64,000 bases of DNA from Candidatus Moraniibacteriota bacterium. GTDB taxonomy: Bacteria; Patescibacteriota; Minisyncoccia; Moranbacterales; UBA1568. Shown here piece after piece: positions 29,187 to 38,157 of the stretch (position 1 is its first letter; each line of letters opens with the position of its first letter). Below the pieces are notes generated by a model. The model searched no databases. It was not told the DNA's origin and was given only the letters and a program-made list of their open reading frames with translations. The stretch lies in assembly GCA_052034975.1 (NCBI GenBank), contig JBPOIA010000010.1, positions 12,957-76,956 on the forward strand, written 5' to 3'. Position numbers and translations under genes: made by a program.

Positions 29187-29220
29187 GATGATATAATGAA
29201 AACAGATTAAACCGCACCGT

Positions 29221-30489
29221 ATGGGATTGTTCTCGCACCTGCCCTGGAAAAGCGAATCAGATCTTTTTTTGGCGCTCGATATCGGCACAGAAGTCGTGAA
29301 AGCGCTTATTTTTCGCGTGGAATCGAATCAGAAACGCGGCATCATCGTCGGTGTAGGACGCGTGCCCCAGAAGATCGGCAATATGCAGAGTGGGGCTGTT
29401 TCCGATATCAGCGGCGTGATCGCTTCTTCGCGCGAAGCCATCGCGCTTGCCAAGCAAAAAGCCGGCGTGAAACGCGTAGAGAAAAGCATCATCGGTATTG
29501 CCGGAGAATTAGTGAAAGGCACGACGACAACCGTACATTATGAAAGGGTCAATCCGGAAATGCATATCGGTATTCCGGAATTGAAGATGATTATCCAAAA
29601 GGTCCAGGAAAAAGCCTATGAACGCATTCGGCGGCAGCTCGCCTGGGAGACCGGACAGGAGGATATCGACGTAAAGCTTATCAATGCCGCTGTCGTCGAT
29701 GTTCGTATCGATGGATACCACGTCCTGAATCCGGTAAATTTCCAGGGACGCGACGTCTCGATGAGCGTCTTTAACGCGTATGCGCCGATGATTCATTTGG
29801 GTGCGCTTCAGACAATCGCTGACGAGCTCGATCTTGATCTTCTCTCTATCGCGGCGGAGCCGTATGCGGTCGCTCGGTCGATCGAAGTGGAGGATATGCT
29901 CGATTTCAGCGCGATATTTATCGATATCGGCGGCGGGACGACGGATATCGCCGTGGTAAGGAACGGCGGTCTCGAAGGAACGAAGATGTTCGCACTCGGC
30001 GGCCGCGCATTCACGAAGCGGCTGGCGCAGGAATTCGGCATCGGATTCGATGTGGCCGAACAGATGAAAATCGATTATGCCAATAACCGGCTAAAAAGCG
30101 ATGAAGCGGCACGGATCGCGGCGCTTTTTGCCGACGATTGCCGGATCTGGCTCGGCGGAATAGAACTGTCACTCATAGAATTTGCCGAGACAGACGTGCT
30201 TCCATCGCGCATCTTCCTTTGTGGCGGAGGATCGGCATTGCCGGGCATCAAGCAAGCTCTGACATCAAAGGAATGGATACAGAATTTGCCGTTTGCCAAA
30301 CCGCCACAAGTCGGATATCTCCAACCGCGGGACATCACCCGTATTACCGATGCAACCGGCGAACTGAACAATCCGCAGGATATCACGCCCATCGGTCTCG
30401 CACATCTCGCGCTCCTTGATTCGTTCGAAGAAGAGAAGATGCTTTCTAGTATTTTGCGCCGAAGTATGGAAAATCTTGAGAAAAAATAA
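29221..30489 (+). CDS. FtsA-like actin-fold ATPase
   Basis: ALDIGTEVVK, IDIGGGTTDIAV, LCGGGSALPG actin-family motifs. Confidence 0.8.
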   Translation: MGLFSHLPWKSESDLFLALDIGTEVVKALIFRVESNQKRGIIVGVGRVPQKIGNMQSGAVSDISGVIASSREAIALAKQKAGVKRVEKSIIGIAGELVKGTTTTVHYERVNPEMHIGIPELKMIIQKVQEKAYERIRRQLAWETGQEDIDVKLINAAVVDVRIDGYHVLNPVNFQGRDVSMSVFNAYAPMIHLGALQTIADELDLDLLSIAAEPYAVARSIEVEDMLDFSAIFIDIGGGTTDIAVVRNGGLEGTKMFALGGRAFTKRLAQEFGIGFDVAEQMKIDYANNRLKSDEAARIAALFADDCRIWLGGIELSLIEFAETDVLPSRIFLCGGGSALPGIKQALTSKEWIQNLPFAKPPQVGYLQPRDITRITDATGELNNPQDITPIGLAHLALLDSFEEEKMLSSILRRSMENLEKK

Positions 30490-30500
30490 AAAATTATCCT

Positions 30501-32411
30501 ATGCCGCAGACATTCTATATCGAAGTCGACGAAGAGATCATTTCTGTTATCGGGCGCCTGAGGAAATCTTCCAGCCAGGAAAATTATTTCGTGTTTCCGA
30601 AACGCGCGCTCGTACTTCAAAGCATCATAAATTTGCGGCTTTTCCAACGCGAGGCACAAAAACTTGGTAAAAAGATCATTCTTGTCACGAAGGATGAGAA
30701 CGGACGGATGTTGGCAGAAAAGGCCGGCATCGCGACCGAACAATATTCCGAAGATTTCTCGCGCCAGGGAAGCCATATCGAGCTGACGACGCCCCCGCAG
30801 CCGGTCGGACGCGAAGAAACGTCTCTTCTTATGCAGAAAAAAGAAACAAAGGAAGAGCGTATCGTTCCTCGGGCCGATATGATCGGAAGCACCGATTTTT
30901 ACACGGCTCCATCGGCCGTCTCTTTGTCAGTTCCGAAACAGGCGCTCCCGATACGGAATGAGGCCGTGTCACAGACGCTGCGCGTACGGAACGCCTCTCC
31001 GGAACGGTTGCCGAGCCTTAATTCGAAACGTTTTTCCGAGCAAGAGATACGAAAGGTGGAGAATAACCCTTCTTTGTCCGCGCCTCGTCCGGTACCGGCC
31101 GCTCCGCTTCCTTATCTTCCGGCCGAACCCAAGAAGGCCGATCGCGGCGAGCGTCTCAAGAATTTCTTTTCGCAACAGGCGCCATCCACACCACCAGTCG
31201 GAAATATGCCGAAGCCAGCGGTTCCCGCTACTCCCGTTTCAATTGTTGGGAAAAAGGCTCATCTCGCATTCTTTTTGCTCGGAGGAATATCCCTTCTGTC
31301 GTTGATTGGAGTCGGAATGCTCCTGTTCCTGCCGAAAGCCGAAATTCACGTGACACCGTATCGCTCGGTGCAAGAAGCGGACTTTATGTTTGTTGGCAAT
31401 ACCAAAGGAAACGGATCGGAAGACGCGTTTTCGGTTCGTCTGATCGAAAAAGAGCAGGAGATACGTTTTTCCGCACCGACAACCGGGACATCCGGTGCCG
31501 CGAACCAAAAAGCCAGGGGATCAGTCATTATTTATAATGAATATGGCACAGAGCCCCAGACGCTCGTGGCAACGACTCGTCTTGAAACTGCTGATGGCAC
31601 GTTGTTCCGCCTTACGGAGAGCGTAACGGTACCGGGTATGACGGATGTGGGCGGCAAGAAAGAGCCGGGCGCGATCGAGGCGGATGTCATCGCTGATCAG
31701 CCGGGCGAGAAATACAATATCGATCCGGCGGCATTCACCATTCCGGGATTCAAGGGGAGCCAGAAATTTGAGAAATTTTCCGCGAAGTCGACTAAAAAAA
31801 TGATCGGGGGCGGAAGTGGCGGAACGGATGTGACTGTCGTAACAAAAACCGATCTTGAAAAAGCCGAACAGAAAGCCAAGGAAGAAGCAAAAAAAGCGTT
31901 TCTTGATTCGCTTTCATCGGAGCTTCCGGCAGATGAGAAGATTATTGGGGATGGGATCGACATCGTCCCGGTCAGAGCGGCATCGTTGCCGATCGCCGGT
32001 ACGGCAGCATCCTCGTTCGATTATGAGAATACGTTTCGTATCCGTGCGTTCGTATTTTCCGAGAAAACGCTTCGCGAAAAGATCGAATCTCTGAGTCGCG
32101 AGGAAAGGCAAGGGGAAGCTTCTCGGGTGACAGATATCGTCCTTTCATACGGCGAATCGATTCCAAATTATACCGATGGATCGATCGGTATTAAGACACA
32201 CGCTTCGATCACCTTGGACGCCGACATCGATCGTGATCAACTACGAAAGATGCTTCTCGGACAAGGAAAAGAGGGCATCGAACAGGCTTTGGAACAGTTT
32301 CCGGGAATAAAAAAAATCCAGGTGAAATTTCATCCGGAATGGTTTGTGCAGAGTATTCCGAAATCGGTTGATCGTGTTACTGTGATTCTCGAAGCGGGTG
32401 AAGAACGGTGA
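30501..32411 (+). CDS. Membrane protein with Pro-rich linker and baseplate-J-like extracellular domain
   Basis: N-terminal cytoplasmic domain, single TM (~aa 255-277), KARGSVIIYN...LVATTRL...VIADQPGEKYNI. Confidence 0.65.
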   Translation: MPQTFYIEVDEEIISVIGRLRKSSSQENYFVFPKRALVLQSIINLRLFQREAQKLGKKIILVTKDENGRMLAEKAGIATEQYSEDFSRQGSHIELTTPPQPVGREETSLLMQKKETKEERIVPRADMIGSTDFYTAPSAVSLSVPKQALPIRNEAVSQTLRVRNASPERLPSLNSKRFSEQEIRKVENNPSLSAPRPVPAAPLPYLPAEPKKADRGERLKNFFSQQAPSTPPVGNMPKPAVPATPVSIVGKKAHLAFFLLGGISLLSLIGVGMLLFLPKAEIHVTPYRSVQEADFMFVGNTKGNGSEDAFSVRLIEKEQEIRFSAPTTGTSGAANQKARGSVIIYNEYGTEPQTLVATTRLETADGTLFRLTESVTVPGMTDVGGKKEPGAIEADVIADQPGEKYNIDPAAFTIPGFKGSQKFEKFSAKSTKKMIGGGSGGTDVTVVTKTDLEKAEQKAKEEAKKAFLDSLSSELPADEKIIGDGIDIVPVRAASLPIAGTAASSFDYENTFRIRAFVFSEKTLREKIESLSREERQGEASRVTDIVLSYGESIPNYTDGSIGIKTHASITLDADIDRDQLRKMLLGQGKEGIEQALEQFPGIKKIQVKFHPEWFVQSIPKSVDRVTVILEAGEER

Positions 32412-32462
32412 TTTTGACATTTCTTCCCGATTTTGGGAGAATAATCGGATATTTAAAGATGT

Positions 32463-32738
32463 ATGACTGGAGATATTTCCGCAGAAAAAAAGAGCGAGAA
32501 CGCACCGGCTCGACATCGTTTGGAATCCGAGTTGCTCATCTTGGAAGCCGATCGAAAGCGGTTCAAGCGGCATTTTGACGAGCTCTCGATGGAAATTAAG
32601 CGCTTGGAAAACGATCTGAAACGGCAAGAGCTTCTGTTAGGGGAGAAGAAAGCCGCGAAGGAAAAATTGGAACGAGACGTTCTCTATGCAGAAGGCGAAA
32701 TCGCCCATACGAAAAAACAGTTGAATACTTTGGGTTAA
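32463..32738 (+). CDS. Coiled-coil hypothetical protein
   Basis: 91-aa heptad-rich ORF with upstream TTGACA. Confidence 0.65.
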   Translation: MTGDISAEKKSENAPARHRLESELLILEADRKRFKRHFDELSMEIKRLENDLKRQELLLGEKKAAKEKLERDVLYAEGEIAHTKKQLNTLG

Positions 32739-32748
32739 GTGAAAACGT

Positions 32749-32973
32749 ATGACCAAAGACACGTTCGTAAAGATCGTTCGTACCATCGTTGATGGGAAAG
32801 CGCATATCACCGCCTCGAAAGAATCAAAGCTTTCTGCACTCGCTCGTCGGTACAGCGAGCGGAAAGCGACGATTCCGGAAGTGCTGGAAGAGCTTCGGGA
32901 TCTCTTTTCCGACGATTTTGGTCTCGGTCGTCACGAATATGCCGAAATCGAGAAGCGTCTTACCCGTTATTGA
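32749..32973 (+). CDS. Hypothetical protein
   Basis: 74-aa ORF fitting between neighbours in operon orientation. Confidence 0.6.
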   Translation: MTKDTFVKIVRTIVDGKAHITASKESKLSALARRYSERKATIPEVLEELRDLFSDDFGLGRHEYAEIEKRLTRY

Positions 32974-32981
32974 TCTTTGTT

Positions 32982-34838
32982 ATGCGCGCCCGCGATATTC
33001 GCACACGCTATGTGGATTTCTTTTCGAAACAGAAGCACGTCGTGGTTCCATCCGCACCGCTTGTTCCGGAGAATGACCCAACCACGCTTTTTACCGGATC
33101 GGGAATGCAACCGATCGTCCCGTATCTGCTCGGCGAGCGGCATCCGATGGGATCGCGTATCGTCGATGTGCAGAAATGTTTTCGTGCGCAGGATATCGAG
33201 GAAGTGGGCGATAACCGTCACACGACGTTCTTCGAGATGCTCGGCAACTGGTCATTCGGTGATTATTTCAAAGAAGAGCAAATTTCTTGGATGTGGGAAT
33301 TTCTGACGACCGAGCTTTGCCTCGATCCAAAGCGTCTGTACGTCACTTGTTTTCACGGGAATGAAGCACTCGGTATTCCACGCGATACGGAATCGGCGAA
33401 ACTTTGGCAAGAGCTTTTTTCCAAAGCGGGAATCGAAGCGGGAATCGGCGAGCATCCCGAAGAGGACGGCATCCGCGGAAACGAGCGTATTTTCTACTAT
33501 TCCGAAAAGAAGAACTGGTGGAGTCGTGCCGGTGTGCCGACCAATATGCCGGAAGGTGAGCCCGGTGGACCGGATACGGAGATGTTTTGGGATTTCGGCG
33601 TTGAACGCGGATTACACGAAGCGTCACCATATAAAGATGTGCCGTGTCATCCGAACTGCGATTGCGGCCGGTTTATGGAAATCGGCAACAACGTCTTTAT
33701 GGAATACCGGAAAACCACGAGAGGATTCGAGAAGCTTTCCCAAAAAAACGTCGATTTCGGTGGTGGTTTGGAACGGCTGATGGCGGCGGCACAGGATACG
33801 CCGGATATGTTCACCGGTGATATCTTTGACGGAGTACGCACGGTCCTCGAAGAGCTTTCTGGAAAACGCTACGGTGCGAACAGTAGCGATACCTATGCTT
33901 TTCGGATCTTATTGGATCATATGCGCGCGAGCGTGTTTCTGATCGGAGACGGCATACGACCATCCAATACTGATCAGGGCTATGTGCTGCGCCGGCTCTT
34001 GCGCCGGGCCATACGTTTCGCGGACACACTTGGTATTCAACCTGGACTTTTCTCAAAAACAGCTCAGGCTATTGTGTCGGAATACAGCGAGGTCTACCCG
34101 GAACTTTCTGAAAAACTGCCATCGATAGAATTGTGCATCAACGAAGAAGAAAAGAAATTTCGCCAAACGCTGGTACGTGGAATGCGTGAACTCGAAAAAC
34201 GTCTGACTGGCGGGATGTTGTCTGGTAAAGACGCGTTTGAATTGTTTTCCACATATGGTTTTCCCCTCGAAATGACACAGGAAATTGCCAAAGAGCACGG
34301 TATCATACCGGATGAAGAGGAATTTCGTATGGAGTTTTCCAAACATCAATCTCTTTCGCGCTCTGCCAGCCAAGGGAAATTCAAAGGCGGGCTTTCCGAT
34401 CAGAGCGAGATGTCGGTGAAATACCATACGGCGACGCATCTTCTGCACCAGGCGCTCCGACAGGTACTTGGTGAACACGTGTTTCAAAAAGGGAGTAACA
34501 TCACTCCCGAACGCTTACGATTCGATTTTTCCCATTCAGAGAAGATGACCGAGGAAGAGAAGCGGCGTGTGGAAGACACCGTAAACCAAAAAATATCGGA
34601 ACATCTGCCGGTGATATATGAGGATCTTCCTCTCGAAGAAGCCAAAAAACTCGGCGCTATCGGGCTTTTTACGGAAAAATACGGTGAACGGGTACGAGTG
34701 TACCGAGTGGGGGATTTTAGTCTAGAATTCTGTGGCGGTCCTCATGTGGAGAATACCGGTGATCTCGGACACTTCCGTATTATGAAAGAAGAGGCCTGTT
34801 CGGCTGGGGTGAGGCGTATCAAGGCGGTCCTTGATTGA
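32982..34838 (+). CDS. alaS: Alanine--tRNA ligase (ends after editing domain, no C-Ala)
   Basis: DPTTLFTGSGMQP, HTTFFEMLGNWSFGDYFK, HTATHLLH, EFCGGPHV, GVRRIKAV at the C-terminus. Confidence 0.97.
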   Translation: MRARDIRTRYVDFFSKQKHVVVPSAPLVPENDPTTLFTGSGMQPIVPYLLGERHPMGSRIVDVQKCFRAQDIEEVGDNRHTTFFEMLGNWSFGDYFKEEQISWMWEFLTTELCLDPKRLYVTCFHGNEALGIPRDTESAKLWQELFSKAGIEAGIGEHPEEDGIRGNERIFYYSEKKNWWSRAGVPTNMPEGEPGGPDTEMFWDFGVERGLHEASPYKDVPCHPNCDCGRFMEIGNNVFMEYRKTTRGFEKLSQKNVDFGGGLERLMAAAQDTPDMFTGDIFDGVRTVLEELSGKRYGANSSDTYAFRILLDHMRASVFLIGDGIRPSNTDQGYVLRRLLRRAIRFADTLGIQPGLFSKTAQAIVSEYSEVYPELSEKLPSIELCINEEEKKFRQTLVRGMRELEKRLTGGMLSGKDAFELFSTYGFPLEMTQEIAKEHGIIPDEEEFRMEFSKHQSLSRSASQGKFKGGLSDQSEMSVKYHTATHLLHQALRQVLGEHVFQKGSNITPERLRFDFSHSEKMTEEEKRRVEDTVNQKISEHLPVIYEDLPLEEAKKLGAIGLFTEKYGERVRVYRVGDFSLEFCGGPHVENTGDLGHFRIMKEEACSAGVRRIKAVLD

Positions 34839-34894
34839 CATACCGGAAAAAATACGGTACAGTGTCTAAGTATGTAAATGGCTATTTGTGGCAT

Positions 34895-35206
34895 ATGATT
34901 GCGATCATCAGAACCGGCGGCAAGCAGTATCAGGTCTCCGAAGGACAAAAGATTAAGGTGGAGAAGCTCGATATCGAAGCCGGAAAAACCGTGAAATTTG
35001 AAGTGCTTTTTGTTGGTGATGAGGAAGCTGTGCACGTCGGCCTGCCGGTCGTGAAGGGCGCTACCGTCGAAGGGAAAGTGCTCGCGCAAGGTCTTGGCGA
35101 CAAGGTGAAAGGCGTGAAACACAAACCGAAGAAGCGATATCTCGTAAGATTCGGCCATCGCCAACCGTTCACCGAAGTGGAGATTACGAAGATCTCTGTG
35201 AAATAA
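34895..35206 (+). CDS. rplU: 50S ribosomal protein L21
   Basis: AIIRTGGKQYQV, GHRQPFT. Confidence 0.98.
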   Translation: MIAIIRTGGKQYQVSEGQKIKVEKLDIEAGKTVKFEVLFVGDEEAVHVGLPVVKGATVEGKVLAQGLGDKVKGVKHKPKKRYLVRFGHRQPFTEVEITKISVK

Positions 35207-35267
35207 GCGGTGTGTATCAAAAAAAGAAGCGGGCCCGAATTCTCGAGTCCGCTTTTCTTCTTCCTTC

Positions 35268-35459
35268 TTATTTCAGGCCAAACCCTTGTTGGCCACTGTT
35301 CCACCCCTCGTAACACTTCGGAACAGTTTTAATGTCGAGAATGACCGGGTTTTTCCGGCGCTCCTCCATCAGCCTTCGGATTTCCTCTACCTGTTCAGGC
35401 GGAGTCTGCTCCATCGGCTTGTCCGGATCCGCCAAGTCTTGTTTTGTGAATGTCGTCAT
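35268..35459 (-). CDS. Small hypothetical protein
   Basis: TAAGGAGG SD before ATG 35459; 63 aa. Confidence 0.55.
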   Translation of the reverse strand: MTTFTKQDLADPDKPMEQTPPEQVEEIRRLMEERRKNPVILDIKTVPKCYEGWNSGQQGFGLK

Positions 35460-35859
35460 TTTTTTCCTCCTTATCGTAATGTTGAACATCTTGCGTCGTG
35501 AGCGTGTGGAGCGTGAAAAACAAAAGGATCACGCGGTGTTCGCCGTTCTCGCCGCGACCGATATCTTCGATGAAGAATTCCAAGCGGAATTCCCGCCAAT
35601 ACATATCGACATACACGTCGACAATGTACCGTCGTTTTCGAGCGAACACGTTCTCTATCGCTACCCCTTTCGGGATAGCGAAGCCACAGCTGATCCGTGT
35701 CACAGAAAACCCTGGGCTTTTTGACTGTTCGCAGTAGATCTTCGTACAGGCGCATTGCAGGTCCCGGTACAGTTTCTCGAGCGAATCCTCCGAATCGATG
35801 ACGAATTCGAGGTTGAATTCCGCGATCTTCTTACTATCCGTGTAAAGGATATCCATCAT
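35395..35859 (-). CDS. Hypothetical protein
   Basis: 154-aa ORF with AGGGGG SD and TTGACA/TATAAT promoter at the end of recR; its 3' end overlaps the next ORF. Confidence 0.5.
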   Translation of the reverse strand: MMDILYTDSKKIAEFNLEFVIDSEDSLEKLYRDLQCACTKIYCEQSKSPGFSVTRISCGFAIPKGVAIENVFARKRRYIVDVYVDMYWREFRLEFFIEDIGRGENGEHRVILLFFTLHTLTTQDVQHYDKEEKNDDIHKTRLGGSGQADGADSA

Positions 35860-35904
35860 TCCCCCTAAGGAAGTTGTTAAGAAACGAAATGAAATTACCT
35901 TATA

Positions 35905-36501
35905 TTATACCAAATCCTTGCGATTTGTCAAGGCAGAAGAAAGAGTGAGTTCGTCGGCGTATTCGATATCGCCGCCGGTAGAGAGTCCGCGAGCGATGCG
36001 TGTGACACGTATTTTGAGGGGTTCGAGCTTCTTTTTCAGATAGAGCGCGGTTAAATCGCCCTCGGTCGTCGGATTGGTAGCGAGGATAACTTCCTGTAGA
36101 GTATCGTGTTTTGCGCGATGAAGGAGTTCTTGGATGCGGAGATTTTGGCTGTTGTCGTTCTTTCCGCTTTCCAATACTCCACCCAAGACGTGATAGAGTC
36201 CGTTGAAACTTCCTGTTCGCTCGATGGCGATGACGTCGAGCGGCTCTTCGACGACACAGACGGTCGTTTGATCGCGTTTCTGATCGGCACAGATGGAACA
36301 GAGGTCTCCTTCGGCAATATGAAAGCAGCGCGTGCAGCTTTTGAGCCGGTGGAGGCCCTCGAGGCTTTCTGCGAACGCCTGCAATTTCTCCTCATCTTGT
36401 TTGAAGAGATAGAGTACGAGACGTTCGGCCATTTTCGGTCCGACGGACGGCAGGGAAGAGAACTGCGCGATGAGAGATTGGAATATTTTCGGGTATTGCA
36501 T
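35905..36501 (-). CDS. recR: Recombination mediator RecR
   Basis: LPSVGPKMAER, C4 zinc finger, TOPRIM EVILATNPTTEGD, GGDIEYAD. Confidence 0.98.
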   Translation of the reverse strand: MQYPKIFQSLIAQFSSLPSVGPKMAERLVLYLFKQDEEKLQAFAESLEGLHRLKSCTRCFHIAEGDLCSICADQKRDQTTVCVVEEPLDVIAIERTGSFNGLYHVLGGVLESGKNDNSQNLRIQELLHRAKHDTLQEVILATNPTTEGDLTALYLKKKLEPLKIRVTRIARGLSTGGDIEYADELTLSSALTNRKDLV

Positions 36502-36552
36502 ACTATTTGTGTTTGAAAAGTTTCCGCGCGGTCGTTTGGTTGCCGCCAGGAA

Positions 36553-37908
36553 TCACGAATGGATCTTTTCGAGTGATTTGAATGTGGTGGAATTCTCTTC
36601 GAAATAGAGCTGTACCTTGCCCACGGGACCGTTTCTGTGCTTGGCGATGATAACGTCGGCAATGTTCTTGTTCGGTGTGTCCGGTTTCACACGGTCTTCG
36701 CGGTAGAGGAAGAGGACGACGTCGGCGTCCTGTTCGATAGAACCGGATTCGCGCAAATCGGAGAGACGTGGCACCTGGTCGGGACGGGATTCTACGGCAC
36801 GGGAAAGCTGCGAAAGAGCGATAAGAGGGATATTGAGTTCGCGGGCGAGTTGTTTTAGACCACGGGAAATCTCGGAGATTTCCTGTACGCGATTGTCGCC
36901 CGAGCGACTGCGGCCCTCCATTAACTGCAAGTAGTCGACGATGATGAGGCCCAGGTGGTGCTCGGCTTGGAGGCGGCGTGCCATCGTACGCATCTCCATA
37001 ATATTGAGCGAACCGCTGTCGTCGATGAAAATAGGCGCTTCAGAGAGCACACCCATCGCGTCGGAAATACGTTCGAAATCATTGTCCGGACCTTCGCTCG
37101 AAAGTTTTCCGGTACGGAGCTTCCAGAGATCGACGCCGGCTTGTGCGGCAATCATACGGTCTACAAGTTGGTCGGAGCCCATTTCCAGCGAAAAAATCCC
37201 GACCGGCACTTTGGAAACGGCAGCAACTTGTCGGGCGATATCGAGTGCGAAGGTCGTCTTACCGACCGAAGGGCGGGCGGCGAGGATGAGAAGATCGGAT
37301 TTTTGGAGGCCGGCCAGGATATTATCAAGATCCGGGAAATGGGTCTGGATGCCTCTGAAGGTGTGTCCGCTCTTATGAAGCTCGTCGATACGGTCGAAAG
37401 CCGCTTCAAGGATAGATTTGATCGGAACGAAATCCTGTTTGATGTATTTTTCAGAAACGGCGAATACTTTCTGTTCAGCTTCATCGAGGATTTTCTGTAC
37501 GTCGTCGGATTCGTCGTACGCGATCTCGCTGATTTCGTTCGCAGAAACGATGAGGCGCCGGAGAAGCGCTTTTTTTTGCACAACCTTGGCATAATGGACG
37601 ACGTTGGTGGCCGAAGGAACGGAGTTTACGAGTGAAGCGAGATAGCCCGATCCGCCTACTCGTTCCAACTGACCTTTTTCTTCGAGCTTATTGGCAAGCG
37701 AAAGAACGTCGATCGGTTCGCGTTCTTCGTAGAGCGCGAGCATCGTTTCGTAAATCAGATTATGATCATCCTTGTAGAAATCACCGGGCTTCAGGAGATC
37801 GGCAACCTTGATGATGGCATCCTTGTCGAGCATCAGGGAACCGAGTACGGAAGTTTCAGCTTCCAAATTGTGCGGTGGCACGCGGACGTGGTCGGTTTTT
37901 TGGGACAT
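36553..37908 (-). CDS. dnaB: Replicative DNA helicase
   Basis: PPHNLEAE, AARPSVGKT, VDYLQLM, LSQLSR, DLRESGSIEQDAD, KHRNGP. Confidence 0.99.
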   Translation of the reverse strand: MSQKTDHVRVPPHNLEAETSVLGSLMLDKDAIIKVADLLKPGDFYKDDHNLIYETMLALYEEREPIDVLSLANKLEEKGQLERVGGSGYLASLVNSVPSATNVVHYAKVVQKKALLRRLIVSANEISEIAYDESDDVQKILDEAEQKVFAVSEKYIKQDFVPIKSILEAAFDRIDELHKSGHTFRGIQTHFPDLDNILAGLQKSDLLILAARPSVGKTTFALDIARQVAAVSKVPVGIFSLEMGSDQLVDRMIAAQAGVDLWKLRTGKLSSEGPDNDFERISDAMGVLSEAPIFIDDSGSLNIMEMRTMARRLQAEHHLGLIIVDYLQLMEGRSRSGDNRVQEISEISRGLKQLARELNIPLIALSQLSRAVESRPDQVPRLSDLRESGSIEQDADVVLFLYREDRVKPDTPNKNIADVIIAKHRNGPVGKVQLYFEENSTTFKSLEKIHS

Positions 37909-37965
37909 AAGAAAAAAAGAGGACAAGTCTTTCCATTATACCGATTCGTGGAAAATGAGCTAGCC

Positions 37966-37994
37966 TTGACAGGAAACGGAAGAAAAAGTGTAAT
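37966..37994 (+). promoter_or_regulatory. Sigma70 promoter divergent from dnaB
   Basis: TTGACA, 17 nt, TGTAAT. Confidence 0.6.
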
Positions 37995-37998
37995 AAGG

Positions 37999-38157
37999 AC
38001 TTTTTGCTGTTTTTATCAACGGATTGTCAACAGCGAACATTTGTCATATACTGGATAGGCCTGAACAACGTTTCAAGCAAAGGAGGAGCCTATACGGAAA
38101 AGTGACCGCAGAAAGTGCTTCCAGCCGGGTACCGAGACATCGGACCCGGCTTTCTTA
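37999..38157 (+). ncRNA. Candidate ~155-nt small RNA
   Basis: Own promoter; ACTTTTTGC/GCAGAAAGT closing stem; ATAGGC/GCCTAT inner stem; terminator hairpin 38123-38151 plus TTCTT; no ATG-initiated ORF. Confidence 0.4.

Noticed and set aside
30501-32411. Prophage, suggested by the baseplate-J-like domain
   Set aside because: No other phage genes; embedded in housekeeping context with typical composition.
32982-34838. AlaRS lacking C-Ala and short HrcA as truncations or pseudogenes
   Set aside because: Both end cleanly after intact motifs; compact forms are expected in reduced genomes.
37945-38060. DnaA boxes/oriC upstream of dnaB
   Set aside because: Only 2-3-mismatch matches to TTATCCACA (TTATCAACG, TTGTCAACA, TTTTCCACG); too weak to call.
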